A stretch of DNA of 62,926 nt, filler included, from Octopus bimaculoides (lineage: Eukaryota), in the NCBI RefSeq assembly GCF_001194135.2. It is 3 parts of 2 records of this genome, joined end to end, with 100 filler letters (N's around TTAATTAATTAA, not from the genome) between each part and the next. Parts side by side here need not be neighbours in the genome. Positions count along the whole stretch, not along the records: positions 1 to 30,698 come from NC_068998.1; positions 30,799 to 55,185 come from NC_068998.1; 1 more part is not named here. One strand, written 5' to 3'. The position numbers and the translations under genes are program-made. This document shows positions 25,243 through 38,212 of the stretch, piece by piece. Positions within the stretch are counted from its first letter, which is position 1; every line of letters begins with the position of its first letter. The notes below the pieces were generated by a model. The model saw only the letters and a program-made list of their open reading frames with translations, did no database searches and had not been told where the DNA came from.

Positions 25243-25465
25243 TTATTTCTTTACTACCCACAAGGGGCTACACACAGAGGGGACAAACAAGGACAGACAA
25301 ACGGATTAAGTCGATTATACCGACCCCAGTACGTAACTGGTACTTATTTAATCGACCTCGAAAGGATGAAAGGCAAAGTCGACCTCGGCGGAATTTGAAC
25401 TCAGAACGTAGCGGCAGACGAAATACCGCTAAGCATTTCGCTAAGCATTTCGCCCGGCGTGCTAA
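25243..25465 (-). mobile_element. SINE family A, tail type 2, head truncated
   Basis: Tail ttatttctttactacccacaaggggc...ggacaaacaaggacagacaaac. A 12-bp tandem duplication (taagcatttcgc) lies near the head. Confidence 0.92.
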
Positions 25466-26199
25466 TACACGGCCAGCACGTGTATTAAACGATATATGTT
25501 TCGCATAAATTATATAGATATAATCAATATATATTGGTGAATTTGGGGAGAAGAGTTTCGTTATGATTCCGAAAAAAGTAACATTTCATTTCTTTTACTT
25601 CTTGCTAGCTCTTGTATTTTCCATCATCAAGGACACAATCCACTGTACCAATTTAGTCATCTTTACTTTTTTTTATTGTTTCACAAGTAGGATACAATCT
25701 TACAGGAAAAAATTAGGTTTAGTATTAAGGTTTAAACTCAGGTTTTAAAGTTTAGATTTAGAGCATAGAGTCCAGTGACAGGATTATAGGGACAGGAAAG
25801 AAATGATACACTGAATTCGTCAATTATTTTCACAGAATCGTAATCTCTGAAGTTTAAACATTGAAATCCAGAAAAATCTATAAATATACTCAAACTTAAA
25901 ATGCTACGTGTTATGTTTATTGCGCTCAAATACATAACACTAGCTATTCTGAGTTATTTCTCTTCGTTCGTTTTCGTTTAATTTATAATTTAGCCATAAA
26001 TAAGTTCTGCTCTCTTTGTATGTGTCTAAGTTCTCGTTCTGTTGAAGATGAAGTAAAGCAACCATAGTCCTTCCTGGTGCCGTCCTTAGAAGCAGAAACC
26101 TGTGTCCACGAGGTTCATCTTGTCTCGAAACACAGACTTATTTTTTAAATATAATGTCCTATCAGTTTTGATGAATTCTGATTCGTGATTCTGATTCTG

Positions 26200-26332
26200 T
26201 TTACGTCCTTGTTACTTAGCGGTTCGGCAAGAGAACCGATAGAATAAGTACCAGGCTTTATAAATAATATTCTTTTTTTTATATATTCTGGTCAGTCTCA
26301 TGACTGAAACAAGTAAAAGATAGAAGACAAAA
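26200..26332 (+). mobile_element. SINE family B, 3' part
   Basis: tacttagcggttcggcaagagaaccgatagaataagtaccagg...atgactgaaacaagtaaaaga. Confidence 0.75.
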
Positions 26333-29300
26333 GATATATATGTGTATATATTATATGCATATATATATTAAAATGAAAAATATGTCTGTGTGTGTGTTTG
26401 TGTGTTTTTTTGTTGTTGTTGTTTTTTTACGAAAATATGTATTCAGGGTCGCGTGTATATCCCTGAAGTCGATTTCAGGTGTTATTTTCCTCTGTTTGAC
26501 CTCACATATTTGAAATCTCAACTTTTTTTTCTACTGAACTAAGTTTCAAATTTTCAAAGCTCAAAATGTAACTTAGGAGGTGGCCCATCTAAAATTGTAT
26601 AAACATCATCAAATTTGGTAAAAAAAAAACTGAAGTTACAAAGCCTAGAAGTGGTCGCGGGTGAGTAAACGTTGACCTTAAGAATATTATTTCTACTCTA
26701 AGCCTTATGCTTANNNNNNNNNNNNNNNNNNNNNNNNNNNNNNNNNNNNNNNNNNNNNNNNNNNNNNNNNNNNNNNNNNNNNNNNNNNNNNNNNNNNATA
26801 TATATATATATATATATATACATAAAAGTATGTATGTATATTGATATACATTTCATAAATAATTAAAATACGTTGGTTGAGTTGTTGCGGCCGGAATGCC
26901 ATTGTCATATTTCCTTTTACAGTAGGATATCGCAGCCGAGGCAATATTTTAAGAAGTCAAAGTAAACCGTTTGGATTTGTTACAAATGATATAAACATTG
27001 TATTTTAAATACTAAGATTTCAGATTATTCGCCTTCCGACAATCTGACCCATTGCTGAATATTTTATTTTCCACTGCCAACGGGTATTTTTCTAGTATAA
27101 AATATAGTCATAAAAATCAATAAACTCGAATGTTACACCAGATACATGGATGACAAATATATCTTTATTGCTATGAAGAGACTCGAAAAATCTTAACAAA
27201 CTCAAAAAGAAACGTGAAAAAGAATAACTATATTCTTTGCTTTAGCATCAAATTCAGCTTAGGTAAAAATTCAAGTGATTCGATAAGCATATTTCTGTAT
27301 ATAAATGTAAGGATATGGACTAACACATATCAGTATGCATAAAACCACAAATAAATTCCTATACATGCATAGAGGTAGTAAATGTCCACATGCATATAAA
27401 ATGTCAGTTCTGAAAACTCTAGTGAAAAGCACTTAAAAAGGAAATTAATATAATAAAACAAAAGCCAACCAATAGTAGATATGGAAATAATTTAGGTTGT
27501 TTTATTCTTCAGGGCAACCAAACTTACTGACAAACTCACCTGTATTTTATTACCATTGAAGTTCACGAATTTCGATAACTTCGATCGCCGTAGGGAGAAG
27601 AGGAATCTGACGTTACAGGGCAGACCACACGTTTGCGAGAAAGAAAATGACACCTTTTATTACCGTTGATGGCTTATGCTGATTCTCACATTTTCCACGG
27701 AATCTAGATTTTACTCCTTGAAATAATTTAGAAGGCCAGCTTATAGAAAATACAGAAATAAATGCACTATAAAATATTCAAGCGAAATAACACCCAGAAA
27801 CACATACTACACATAAATTATATTGCATGAAACATATGCACACAAACTATAGGAATAGTCGAACACATTACTAAAAAGAAATTATCAACATTTATACAAC
27901 ATGCACAATATATTGCCATGCTGCTAGTGGCAGCAATCGATCTTGAAATCTTTTAACTGAAACAAGGAAGCTATGTTTCCATTGGTTTTTCAAATTGCTG
28001 ACACTATCTCTCGGTTGCAACTCCTGAAAAAATCGTCACCGTTTTTCGGTAACTGTGTATGATTTGAACTCAGAAATAGCAGTTGGGACAGCTATCTCAA
28101 GACATCTAATCGATAATCCATCAATTCCGTGATTCTATGGCCCTGGATTGGTGCATTTTCATCGATCCTGAAAAGATGAACGGCAAAGTTGATCTCAGAA
28201 ATATTTGAATTCAGAGATCAGATAGTCGGAATAAATACGGCAAGATACTCAATACAACCTTCTAATGACTCTGAACAAATTCGCTACTCACATAATCTAT
28301 TGTTAGGAGTACATAACAAAAGCGCAAAACTTCATAACTCTTCGCACCAACTGAAGATCTTCATACTGTTGAACGCAAACCTGATGATTTTTGCTTCGAA
28401 CTGTTCCATTCAATATACAAGTAGGAGACATTTTCACCGGTTCATGATGTGTCTACAACGAGGAACCTTTGTACGAGGTGGTAACAAGATGTTTCTGGAT
28501 TAGTTATGCTTAATAAAAAAAAGTTACTCATTTACCTAAGTTTTAACATCTCCTTCGAAATGGTAACCTTGCGCAGCAATACACTGGTTCCACCTCGTTG
28601 CATTAATGATGCAATAATAGATTTCTGTTGGAATATAATTTAACAGCAAAATATAATTTCAGCATAGAAATAGTTTTCACGTAAAAGTTATAAATGCTAT
28701 CACGGCCATTTTCTTCCCTGATAGTGAAAGACACCCACTGTCAAGTGATATAGAATATAAAACTTGGAGATACGAATGGGAAACGTCACACAAAATCATT
28801 GCCATGAACTTTGCATACAGTAAAATAACACAACAAACCTATAACTAATAAGTTTCCACAAAAATTGAGATCGTTGTCGAAAACAGATATGGGAACTTCA
28901 ATATTCCAAACAAAACATAAAACTTATTAGGAAAGATGTAATGTCATTAATGAAGAGACTAGCACGAGAGCAGAGCCATTATTTTACGAATAAAACTTTA
29001 ACAGAAAAGCTGCATGTATATTAGTTACGTACAAGGATAAGAAATTTGCTAAGTAATAAGGTTAACAACTTCTCTGAGCAACAATAAGATTTCGGATTCG
29101 ATCTTATTGCATGACACGTTGGATAAATATCTTCTACAAAATGACGTTGTTTGTTTATATTTCGAAATATTACGATTCGACAAATAGAGTTCCATGAAAA
29201 TAAGTACCAGACTCCATACAATAAGCACTGCGCTCGAATACATGTCCACTGTTCAATGGCTTGCAAAGCAATTTCCAGCGTTTACTATGAATTCAGAGAA

Positions 29301-29394
29301 TCGTCAGTCCCAGTTCAATACTTCAAATTCAACATATTTGTCAGTCGAGTTAGCCTCTGTCAGTGTAATCAAACGAGATAACTTATGGTTAGCT

Positions 29395-29451
<57 letters not shown>

Positions 29452-29520
29452 ACGTGCGTACGTGCATATGAGCGTGTCCGTACGCGTCTGCGTAAGCATG
29501 CGTGCGCGCGTATGTGCTTG
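29395..29520. repeat. (TG)n
   Basis: Direct reading. Confidence 0.95.
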
Positions 29521-30698
29521 TGTAAAGGCATTTCTATTAAATGAGTATATTATTTTCTCAAAACTTTGGCTTAAAGTTAGAAGGATTTATAGTATCTGGA
29601 TGCGTGAGCTATGTTTGCAGCTACATACTAATTAATATAATTTATTCGGACATCGTGCAGCTAATAGTTCTTACATTTGTTATGAGCTAAAGCAGTTGGG
29701 AAAAGCAACCAGCTCACATTTTTGCCATTGTCGCTTATTTACAATTATTACTGTCCGTGATACTAATCACTACCTGCAAATAAAGTCTGTGAATATTATT
29801 CGTTTCTCTTCGATGTTGTTATTACGCTGTCTCATCCAACTTTCGACCATCTACATACAGTGACCCGACACGGAACAAGAAATGCTATTGCCACATCAAG
29901 TAACTTTTCATCTGTACGCTACAATTGGTGACTCCGACGGGAGAAACTTACATTCCTATTTGACATATGATGACATTTTGTGACCCTGTGCATTACATTT
30001 GGTAACTTCAACGTAATATACATATCTTACTGTTACATATACATATATATATATTGTCGACCAATGAGATCATTAATAGAATTTCTGAAAGACTCTCAAG
30101 ATGCTCACATTCATTTAAAATCCACTTTCGCACATTGTAGTGGAAATGAGTTTGAGTAACTTGACATAATTCCCCTTAAGGTATGGATGAATTAAATTTA
30201 GTTCTCACCTCCCCATTCTCATAAACACCAACCAGCTATTTAGTTCGCTACGTGAACGTATGTACGCCAAAATGCACGTGTGCCTATGCTTACATCTTCG
30301 AGAATGCTTGTATGAGTGAGTGTACATGCACCATACAGCCTACGCATGGGCGTTTATACATGTATATCCGTCAACGGCTATATTTAATACTTTTTTCGCT
30401 GTAGTCTGTGTTCGTTTCTTTTTTGCATCTGTTATTTCATTATTGATTTTCTATATAAATGAGGCTATATCCTTTAATTTGTGTTTTTTTTTTACACGAA
30501 CTGAGAAGATACATTGCGGAACTGTTATTTTAACGAGTCATATCTACTTATCACCCAAAGAGACACATTTATACTGTCAGATGCTCCTGAACCAGTGAGG
30601 AATCGATGCTGGATGGGTCGAAAAAATTGTAGTGATTAATGAAAATTCTCGTATCTTCCATCCATCTTCCCTCTTTCATAAACTATATATATATATAT

Positions 30699-30798
30699 NN
30701 NNNNNNNNNNNNNNNNNNNNNNNNNNNNNNNNNNNNNNNNNNTTAATTAATTAANNNNNNNNNNNNNNNNNNNNNNNNNNNNNNNNNNNNNNNNNNNN
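30699..30798. other. Artificial scaffold linker 44N-TTAATTAATTAA-44N
   Basis: Exactly 100 bp. The same structure occurs at 55186-55285. Confidence 0.95.
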
Positions 30799-30854
<56 letters not shown>

Positions 30855-31204
30855 ACGTACCTACCTACCTACCTACCTACCTACCTACCTACTAACTAAC
30901 CTACCTACTTTCCTACCTAACATCCTACTTACCTACCTACCTGTCTGTCTGCCTGCCTATCTGTCTGTCTGTTTGTTTGTCTATCTGAATCAGGCAAAGC
31001 AACAGAATGCTAAATACATTTGCGTTTAGTTGTGTTTACACAAAGTAAAATACACTATAAATACAATAAGATACGTTTGTGTGTCACAAATTCTAAAGTT
31101 TGAAGAAGCGTTTTTCCCACATATGGAGAATTTGATGGAATCTGTCCATAGTGCACAAGCACTATCAGGCATTAAAACTCATATTTACCCAAGGTAAAGA
31201 TACT

Positions 31205-31611
31205 GAATCCAAAACAATAGTTTCAAATTTTGACATAGGGCCAGCAATTTCGGGGAAAGGAGTAAGTCAATTATGTCAACCCCTTATTTTATCGATCCCG
31301 AAAGGATGAAAGACAAAGTCGACCTCAGCGGAATTTGAACTCAGAACGAAAAGACGGACGAAATACCATTAAACATTTTTCCCGGCGTGCCAACGATTCT
31401 GCCAGCTTAAATTGAATGCGAAATATTGATTTCAAATTTAGGTACAAGGCCAGAAATTTCGAGGAAGGGGATTTGAGTGACCGTAGTGCATAACTGGTGC
31501 TTATTTTATCGAGACCGAAAGGATGAAAGGCAAAGTCGACCTCAGTGGAATTCGAACTCAGAACATAAAGACAGATGAAATACCGCGAAGCGTTTAGCCC
31601 GGCGTGCTAAA
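31205..31611 (-). mobile_element. Two tandem SINE family A copies (about 31205-31410 and 31418-31611), tail type 1
   Basis: Each contains gaaaggatgaaagRcaaagtcgacctcag..gaattYgaactcagaac. Confidence 0.88.
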
Positions 31612-31732
31612 CTGAATCCGAAATATTAAAACTCAATACTGGCCACGAAATACATCTCTCGTTGATGTTTATCAATGAAGTACATTCACTAATATATATA
31701 TAAAGTATATTATAGAATTAGACTGTTTGAAA

Positions 31733-31780
<48 letters not shown>

Positions 31781-31783
<3 letters not shown>

Positions 31784-31870
31784 ATTTCTTTACTGCCCAC
31801 AAAAGGCTACACACAAAGGAGACAAACAAGGACAGACAGACGGATTAAGTCGATTAAATCGACCCCAGTC
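31781..31870 (-). mobile_element. SINE family A tail type 2 fragment abutting (AGAT)n
   Basis: cttatttctttactgcccacaaaaggc...ggattaagtcgattaaatcgaccccagt. Confidence 0.85.
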
Positions 31871-32684
31871 TGGTTTAAATTAAAGCACTCAAAGATANNN
31901 NNNNNNNNNNNNNNNNNNNNNNNNNNNNNNNNNNNNNNNNNNNNNNNNNNNNNNNNNNNNNNNNNNNNNNNNNNNNNNNNNNNNNNNNNNNNNNNNNNNN
32001 NNNNNNNNNNNNNNNNNNNNNNNNNNNNNNNNNNNNNNNNNNNNNNNNNNNNNNNNNNNNNNNNNNNNNNNNNNNNNNNNNNNNNNNNNNNNNNNNNNNN
32101 NNNNNNNNNNNNNNNNNNNNNNNNNNNNNNNNNNNNNNNNNNNNNNNNNNNNNNNNNNNNNNNNNNNNNNNNNNNNNNNNNNNNNNNNNNNNNNNNNNNN
32201 NNNNNNNNNNNNNNNNNNNNNNNNNNNNNNNNNNNNNNNNNNNNNNNNNNNNNNNNNNNNNNNNNNNNNNNNNNNNNNNNNNNNNNNNNNNNNNNNNNNN
32301 NNNNNNNNNNNNNNNNNNNNNNNNNNNNNNNNNNNNNNNNNNNNNNNNNNNNNNNNNNNNNNNNNNNNNNNNNNNNNNNNNNNNNNNNNNNNNNNNNNNN
32401 NNNNNNNNNNNNNNNNNNNNNNNNNNNNNNNNNNNNNNNNNNNNNNNNNNNNNNNNNNNNNNNNNNNNNNNNNNNNNNNNNNNNNNNNNNNNNNNNNNNN
32501 NNNNNNNNNNNNNNNNNNNNNNNNNNNNNNNNNNNNNNNNNNNNNNNNNNNNNNNNNNNNNNNNNNNNNNNNNNNNNNNNNNNNNNNNNNNNNNNNNNNN
32601 NNNNNNNNNNNNNNNNNNNNNNNNNNNNNNNNNNNNNNNNNNNNNNNNNNNNNNNNNNNNNNNNNNNGAGGAATGCGATATAGT

Positions 32685-32723
<39 letters not shown>

Positions 32724-33294
32724 GTGTGCGTGTGTTGTGTGCGTGTAAGAGGAAGCAACGGAGGGAGAACGAGAGTGTGTGTGTTGGATTGGTGGTTTCG
32801 TACGGGGGTAGTATTTGTCGTGGGCTACCACCTTTTACTCTTTAAACATGTCGATCGCAGATTACAATGTTCGATTCATGAAAAGCCAAACAAAGAACTC
32901 TTAATCTAAATCAAGATATGAAAATAAATTAGAATAGAAAAGTCATTAAAATAAAGTACAGTGAGGAAATAAAATTTATGTAAAATTAAGACTTCTTGTT
33001 TCGAATGCTATAAATACAATATTCAATTAATTCCAAATTGTCAAAGAATGAGTTAAATTATCTATGATAATTAAAAATATCAACAGAAGATAAAAACAAT
33101 AAAATGTTGGATCTCCGTCGCTCGACGATGAGGAGTCAGTTGTTCGATCTTCGGTTCGGAATTACTTGCCCCTGAATCTATATGTAATTGGCTGGAATTT
33201 CAACACTGACCTGTACTTTTCAAATAATTCTTGAGTAGAATCAGTGTGACAAAGTGTATGATGAGGGCGTACCTTTTTGATTATGAGTACAATC

Positions 33295-33500
33295 AGGTGG
33301 TGGGCTAATAGAATACATAACATGCCAGACAATTCTTAGGGGCGTGCCTTTCGGCTTTAAGTTCTGGTTTCAAATTCCGCCATAGTCGACTTTGACTTCC
33401 ATGTTTCCAGTTTCTGTAAACAAAGTACCAGTCGTGCATTGGGGTAAATATAATCGACTTGCCATCCTCCCCACACCAGTGAAAATAGAAAAAATTATGG
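33295..33500 (+). mobile_element. SINE family A, diverged
   Basis: gttctggtttcaaattccgccatagtcgactttgac...gtaccagtcgtgcattggggt. Confidence 0.7.
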
Positions 33501-36136
33501 GTACAATCCATCCGGCGTGCTTCTATAGAATTTCCGTCAGCCTAATTTCCCTTACAATCCATGAGTCCGTGTGAGGTAATAGAAAATGACATTTTCTCAA
33601 TATATCGTGCTGTGGGATGGAACTTACAATTTCGTGGTAGTGAACACAATTTCTTTCGTTAACATTCAGCCATACTACATCTAGAAAACAGTTAAGATAC
33701 AATGGAATAGTAAAAATTAAAAAAAACAATCGAATTAAAAGATATATGAGATACTTGTTTAAATTTGAATTTTAAATTTTTTAATGAAATGTGTGAATAT
33801 ATCCAAGGTTAAATTTCAAAATTTTAATTATAAATACGACTCAAGCAAAGGCAAAATATGTAAATNNNNNNNNNNNNNNNNNNNNNNNNNNNNNNNNNNN
33901 NNNNNNNNNNNNNNNNNNNNNNNNNNNNNNNNNNNNNNNNNNNNNNNNNNNNNNNNNNNNNNNNNNNNNNNNNNNNNNNNNNNNNNNNNNNNNNNNNNNN
34001 NNNNNNNNNNNNNNNNNNNNNNNNNNNNNNNNNNNNNNNNNNNNNNNNNNNNNNNNNNNNNNNNNNNNNNNNNNNNNNNNNNNNNNNNNNNNNNNNNNNN
34101 NNNNNNNNNNNNNNNNNNNNNNNNNNNNNNNNNNNNNNNNNNNNNNNNNNNNNNNNNNNNNNNNNNNNNNNNNNNNNNNNNNNNNNNNNNNNNNNNNNNN
34201 NNNNNNNNNNNNNNNNNNNNNNNNNNNNNNNNNNNNNNNNNNNNNNNNNNNNNNNNNNNNNNNNNNNNNNNNNNNNNNNNNNNNNNNNNNNNNNNNNNNN
34301 NNNNNNNNNNNNNNNNNNNNNNNNNNNNNNNNNNNNNNNNNNNNNNNNNNNNNNNNNNNNNNNNNNNNNNNNNNNNNNNNNNNNNNNNNNNNNNNNNNNN
34401 NNNNNNNNNNNNNNNNNNAAAAAAACAACTGCTCCAAAATAATTTTTTTTTAAATGTTTCTTGAAATTTGATGTAATTGGGCAGACAAAAACATATTTTT
34501 AAAAAACAGTCGGAAACAGAAGCAAAATGAATATTTCAGACGATATTTAAAAAAATATACTTAAAATAAATTTTCAAAAAGAAAGCACTTGAAAGTAAAT
34601 TTAAAAGTGAAAATTCAAAAGTAACTATGACAACAATAATTTTCTCTATTAAAAATAAATGTAAATTTAAAATAAAACAACGAAAAGAACGTTTGAAACA
34701 GTGAAAACTGGATTTGAAAAGAAAACAGTTGAGATCGGATATAGAAAAAAAAACGTCAAAAACATTTGTAAAAATATTAAAAACCTATGTAAAATACCAT
34801 CAAGAACAGATTTCTAAAAACAAACAGTGAAACATCTAACTTTTAAACAAATTCAAGTACATCAAAAGTGAACTATAAAATTAATAATTGAAAAGTGAAA
34901 TATAAAGTTAATCTTAAAAAAATAATAAATGGGAAAAAAATTAAAATTGGGAAATAAATTGTTTTGAAAACAGTGGTAAATGATGGTGAAATGGGCTTTT
35001 AAAGTAACACAGATCAGCCTAAATCAAACTTTACATAGGTATGATCAAAAGTTAGTTCAAATGACGACACGCCGGTCGCACCACTCTTATTAGGTATATT
35101 GACAAGAGTAAATAACAGTCTTGTCTAATTTGAAATATCTAAAGAACAATATTGACTCTCCTATAGAATACAAATTGCTGGAATGGTGCAGATCGTGTAA
35201 AACTGTTACAAGATGGCATCTAAGCAGCATCTAAATCTCAAAACAATATTTAAATGCAAAATATGAATGTTTTGAGATGTATTAGTCTTTCAATACGATT
35301 TTGCTAAAATTTTAGGAGTCCGTTTTACAATCGGACTAATTTGATACAGATTGTATAGATTGTATTAACAAACATTTTCACTGGTATGTAATCAGTATTC
35401 CATACTCTTTAATGCATTCCTGCTCTTTACGAACTCTTCCAGTTTTATTACACTTTTTCTATTTGCGTATTACCCCGATATAACGATCTGATACACTCTG
35501 GAATTTCACCTTCTCTTCTTTTGCTTACCAATTCTATATAAATAGTAGTGTTCGTAAAGAAAATTAGATGGGTTTTTTTCAGTATTTTGTTACGGCTCAG
35601 GACATCATTCTGGAAACATATGCTTTAACTGAGGAAGGTGTTCCTAATGGATGTATTTCCTATTATTCATTATGTAAATCTGAAACATACATATTAAATT
35701 ATTTCAAAATATCACTATATATATTCCAGAGAATGATAACTTGAAAGAGGCTATGTCTGGTTTCAAATAAAGCGCTCAAAGATAAGTCTGAAAGTGAATA
35801 AATGTATTTAATCCATAATCGTTAGTTCAACAAATATTCTCTTTCTCCTATGTCTTATCGGAAACTCAGATGTTACCGATAAAACATATTGGATAGATAA
35901 TATTGTCCTTGTTTAGATATTTGAAAGTAGAGACAAGACTGCTGTTTACTCTTGTCAGTAAGCATAATATACACAGTGCAACTGGCATATCGTTATTTGA
36001 ACTCACTTTCTATCATACCTATGTAAAGTTTGATTTCGGCTTATCTCTATTACTTTAAAGGCTCATTTTACCATGGGTGTTCCCGATGAGCCGATGTCAA
36101 AACAATATATTTTATCGGACTGATGAATATGGTTTG

Positions 36137-36200
<64 letters not shown>

Positions 36201-36634
36201 TGTGCGTATATTATTGCTTACGGCTATTCATATATTCATACTAAATAATAAATAGTGTTCCATTGATCTTACGAACCAACCATTTATCATCACCAAACAC
36301 ACATTTGCATTATCGTTTCTACCTTATTTCTTTACGATAAATTCCGATAGCAAAAACTGGAATCAAGTTGCATCTGACACGCAGTGACAAGTAAAAACAT
36401 ATTTATAACAATTTCTTCTTTTGCCAAAAGTTTGTGTCTTCTGTTTATTTATTTATTTATTTATTTACTTATTTATCTATTCGATGTTGTTGTTTGAATA
36501 TTTATTGGTATAATCAGTTTACAGTTTATGATATTGAATTTGTTTGTTTTTCTAACACATCACTGATTGTAGTGTAAACATCTGTTATCGGTACTACGTC
36601 GTCGTTATCAGCAGCAAGACAAGACAGCAGCAGC

Positions 36635-36638
36635 ATAC

Positions 36639-36691
<53 letters not shown>

Positions 36692-36803
36692 CAGCAGCAG
36701 CAGCAGCAGAAGAGAGAAGAAGAATAGGAGGAAGGGAAGATAAATATAAATAATAAGAGTAGTAATAGATAATGTACAAATGCAAAGCAAAAGTCAAGCA
36801 TAA

Positions 36804-36889
<86 letters not shown>

Positions 36890-36901
36890 TGATGATAATA
36901 A
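36635..36901. repeat. (TAG)n-(CAG)n and long (TAA)n tracts
   Basis: Direct reading. Confidence 0.93.
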
Positions 36902-37394
36902 TACACCCCAGAAAAGGTCTGAGAAAGTGACAAAGCAACTATACTCTGGGATATGTCAATACACACAGACAGATAAATCAAGGCTAACAGACCGGATATA
37001 GCTCTCAGAAATAATCAAATAAAAGAAATGCCATCTAACTGATGTATCAGCATCAACAGATGACAATGTAACTCTAAAAGAAATGGATAATCTCTCAAAA
37101 TACAAAGATCTGGAAATAGAGATAACTCGAAAGTGGAGACTAAAAGCAGTAACCATCCCTATAGTGATAGGTGCTTTAGGTATGATTAAAAAACCATTCA
37201 TGCAAATACATGACCAAAACACCTGTACTTACGAATGTATATAACATACAGAAAATAGCACTACTAGGCACCACACACATTCTACGTAAAGCACTTTCAA
37301 TACAGTGAAAATAAGAGCACCACAAACAACAAACCACAGTACATATTCAAGGTACACAAAGCTGCGCTCGGTAGTGCAGTGAAAGCACGTGATA
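36902..37394 (+). mobile_element. R4/Dong-type element, 5'-truncated 3' end with RLE domain
   Basis: KATILWD...IKANRPDIAL...TDVS...KEMDNLSKYKDLEIEITRKWRLKAVTIPIVIGALG (PD...D...K pattern), then UTR. (TAA)n lies on both sides. Confidence 0.9.
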
Positions 37395-37452
<58 letters not shown>

Positions 37453-37456
<4 letters not shown>

Positions 37457-37700
37457 ATTATTTAAACCACAAATAATTCCTCCAAACACTTGTCTATGAT
37501 GCTCCCCCATTACTTCTGCTCGTGATCAGAGATGCACATATCGTCAGCCACCAAGGGACATGCTCTACTGGTTAAGACACAACAACTGAGAAGCAAATCT
37601 GTAACATTGAGAAGAATATTTGCTGTAGCTCATCTTTTATACCAACACAAAACTTCATATTTCCAATCAGAAGCCATGAGAGCCAGTGCCTGGTACCGTA
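37453..37700. repeat. Unclassified dispersed repeat (family F), copy 2
   Basis: Matches 13050-13315. Confidence 0.85.
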
Positions 37701-37716
37701 TCACCATCATCATCAT

Positions 37717-37758
<42 letters not shown>

Positions 37759-37779
37759 CACCACCACCACCACCACCAT

Positions 37780-37820
<41 letters not shown>

Positions 37821-38080
37821 GCTTGGCATTTGCTTTAATGTGTCCGATGCAATTTCACTTGAAGCGGTTTCTGTATAACAAAAAAAAAACATACATCCAA
37901 TAATTTACGACTTGTTATTTAGACGGTAAAATAAAAATAGAAATGTTAAATAACAACTGACCTTGTTATCTAAGTCTCAATATTTTTCAAGTTACACTTG
38001 AAAAATATTTTTAAATCCTCGTAGCAAAATCTTAGCTCATCTGAACGATGTTGATAACGAATTCTACAACAACGACGACA

Positions 38081-38126
<46 letters not shown>

Positions 38127-38212
38127 TGTACTATTACTACTACTACTGCTGCAGCTGCTACTACTACTAAAACCACCACTATCACCACCACCACCACCAC
38201 CACCACCACCAC
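37700..38212. repeat. (CTA)n/(CCA)n tracts at 37700-37820 and 38065-38212
   Basis: Direct reading. Confidence 0.9.

Noticed and set aside
23898-27669. Assignment of the candidate exons to a Nav/Cav channel
   Set aside because: The loose motif echoes are not followed by pore-helix or transmembrane sequence, and no convincing S1-S6 exons were found in the window.
28292-28452. Minus-strand segment with good acceptor and donor
   Set aside because: All three frames contain stops.
29151-29381. Cys-containing ORF suggesting a cystine-knot hormone
   Set aside because: The Cys spacing does not fit a named family, there is no signal peptide, and no splice support is visible.
34419-35000. Extremely A-rich region as a matrix-attachment site or satellite
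   Set aside because: No stable period is visible; low complexity alone is not evidence of function.
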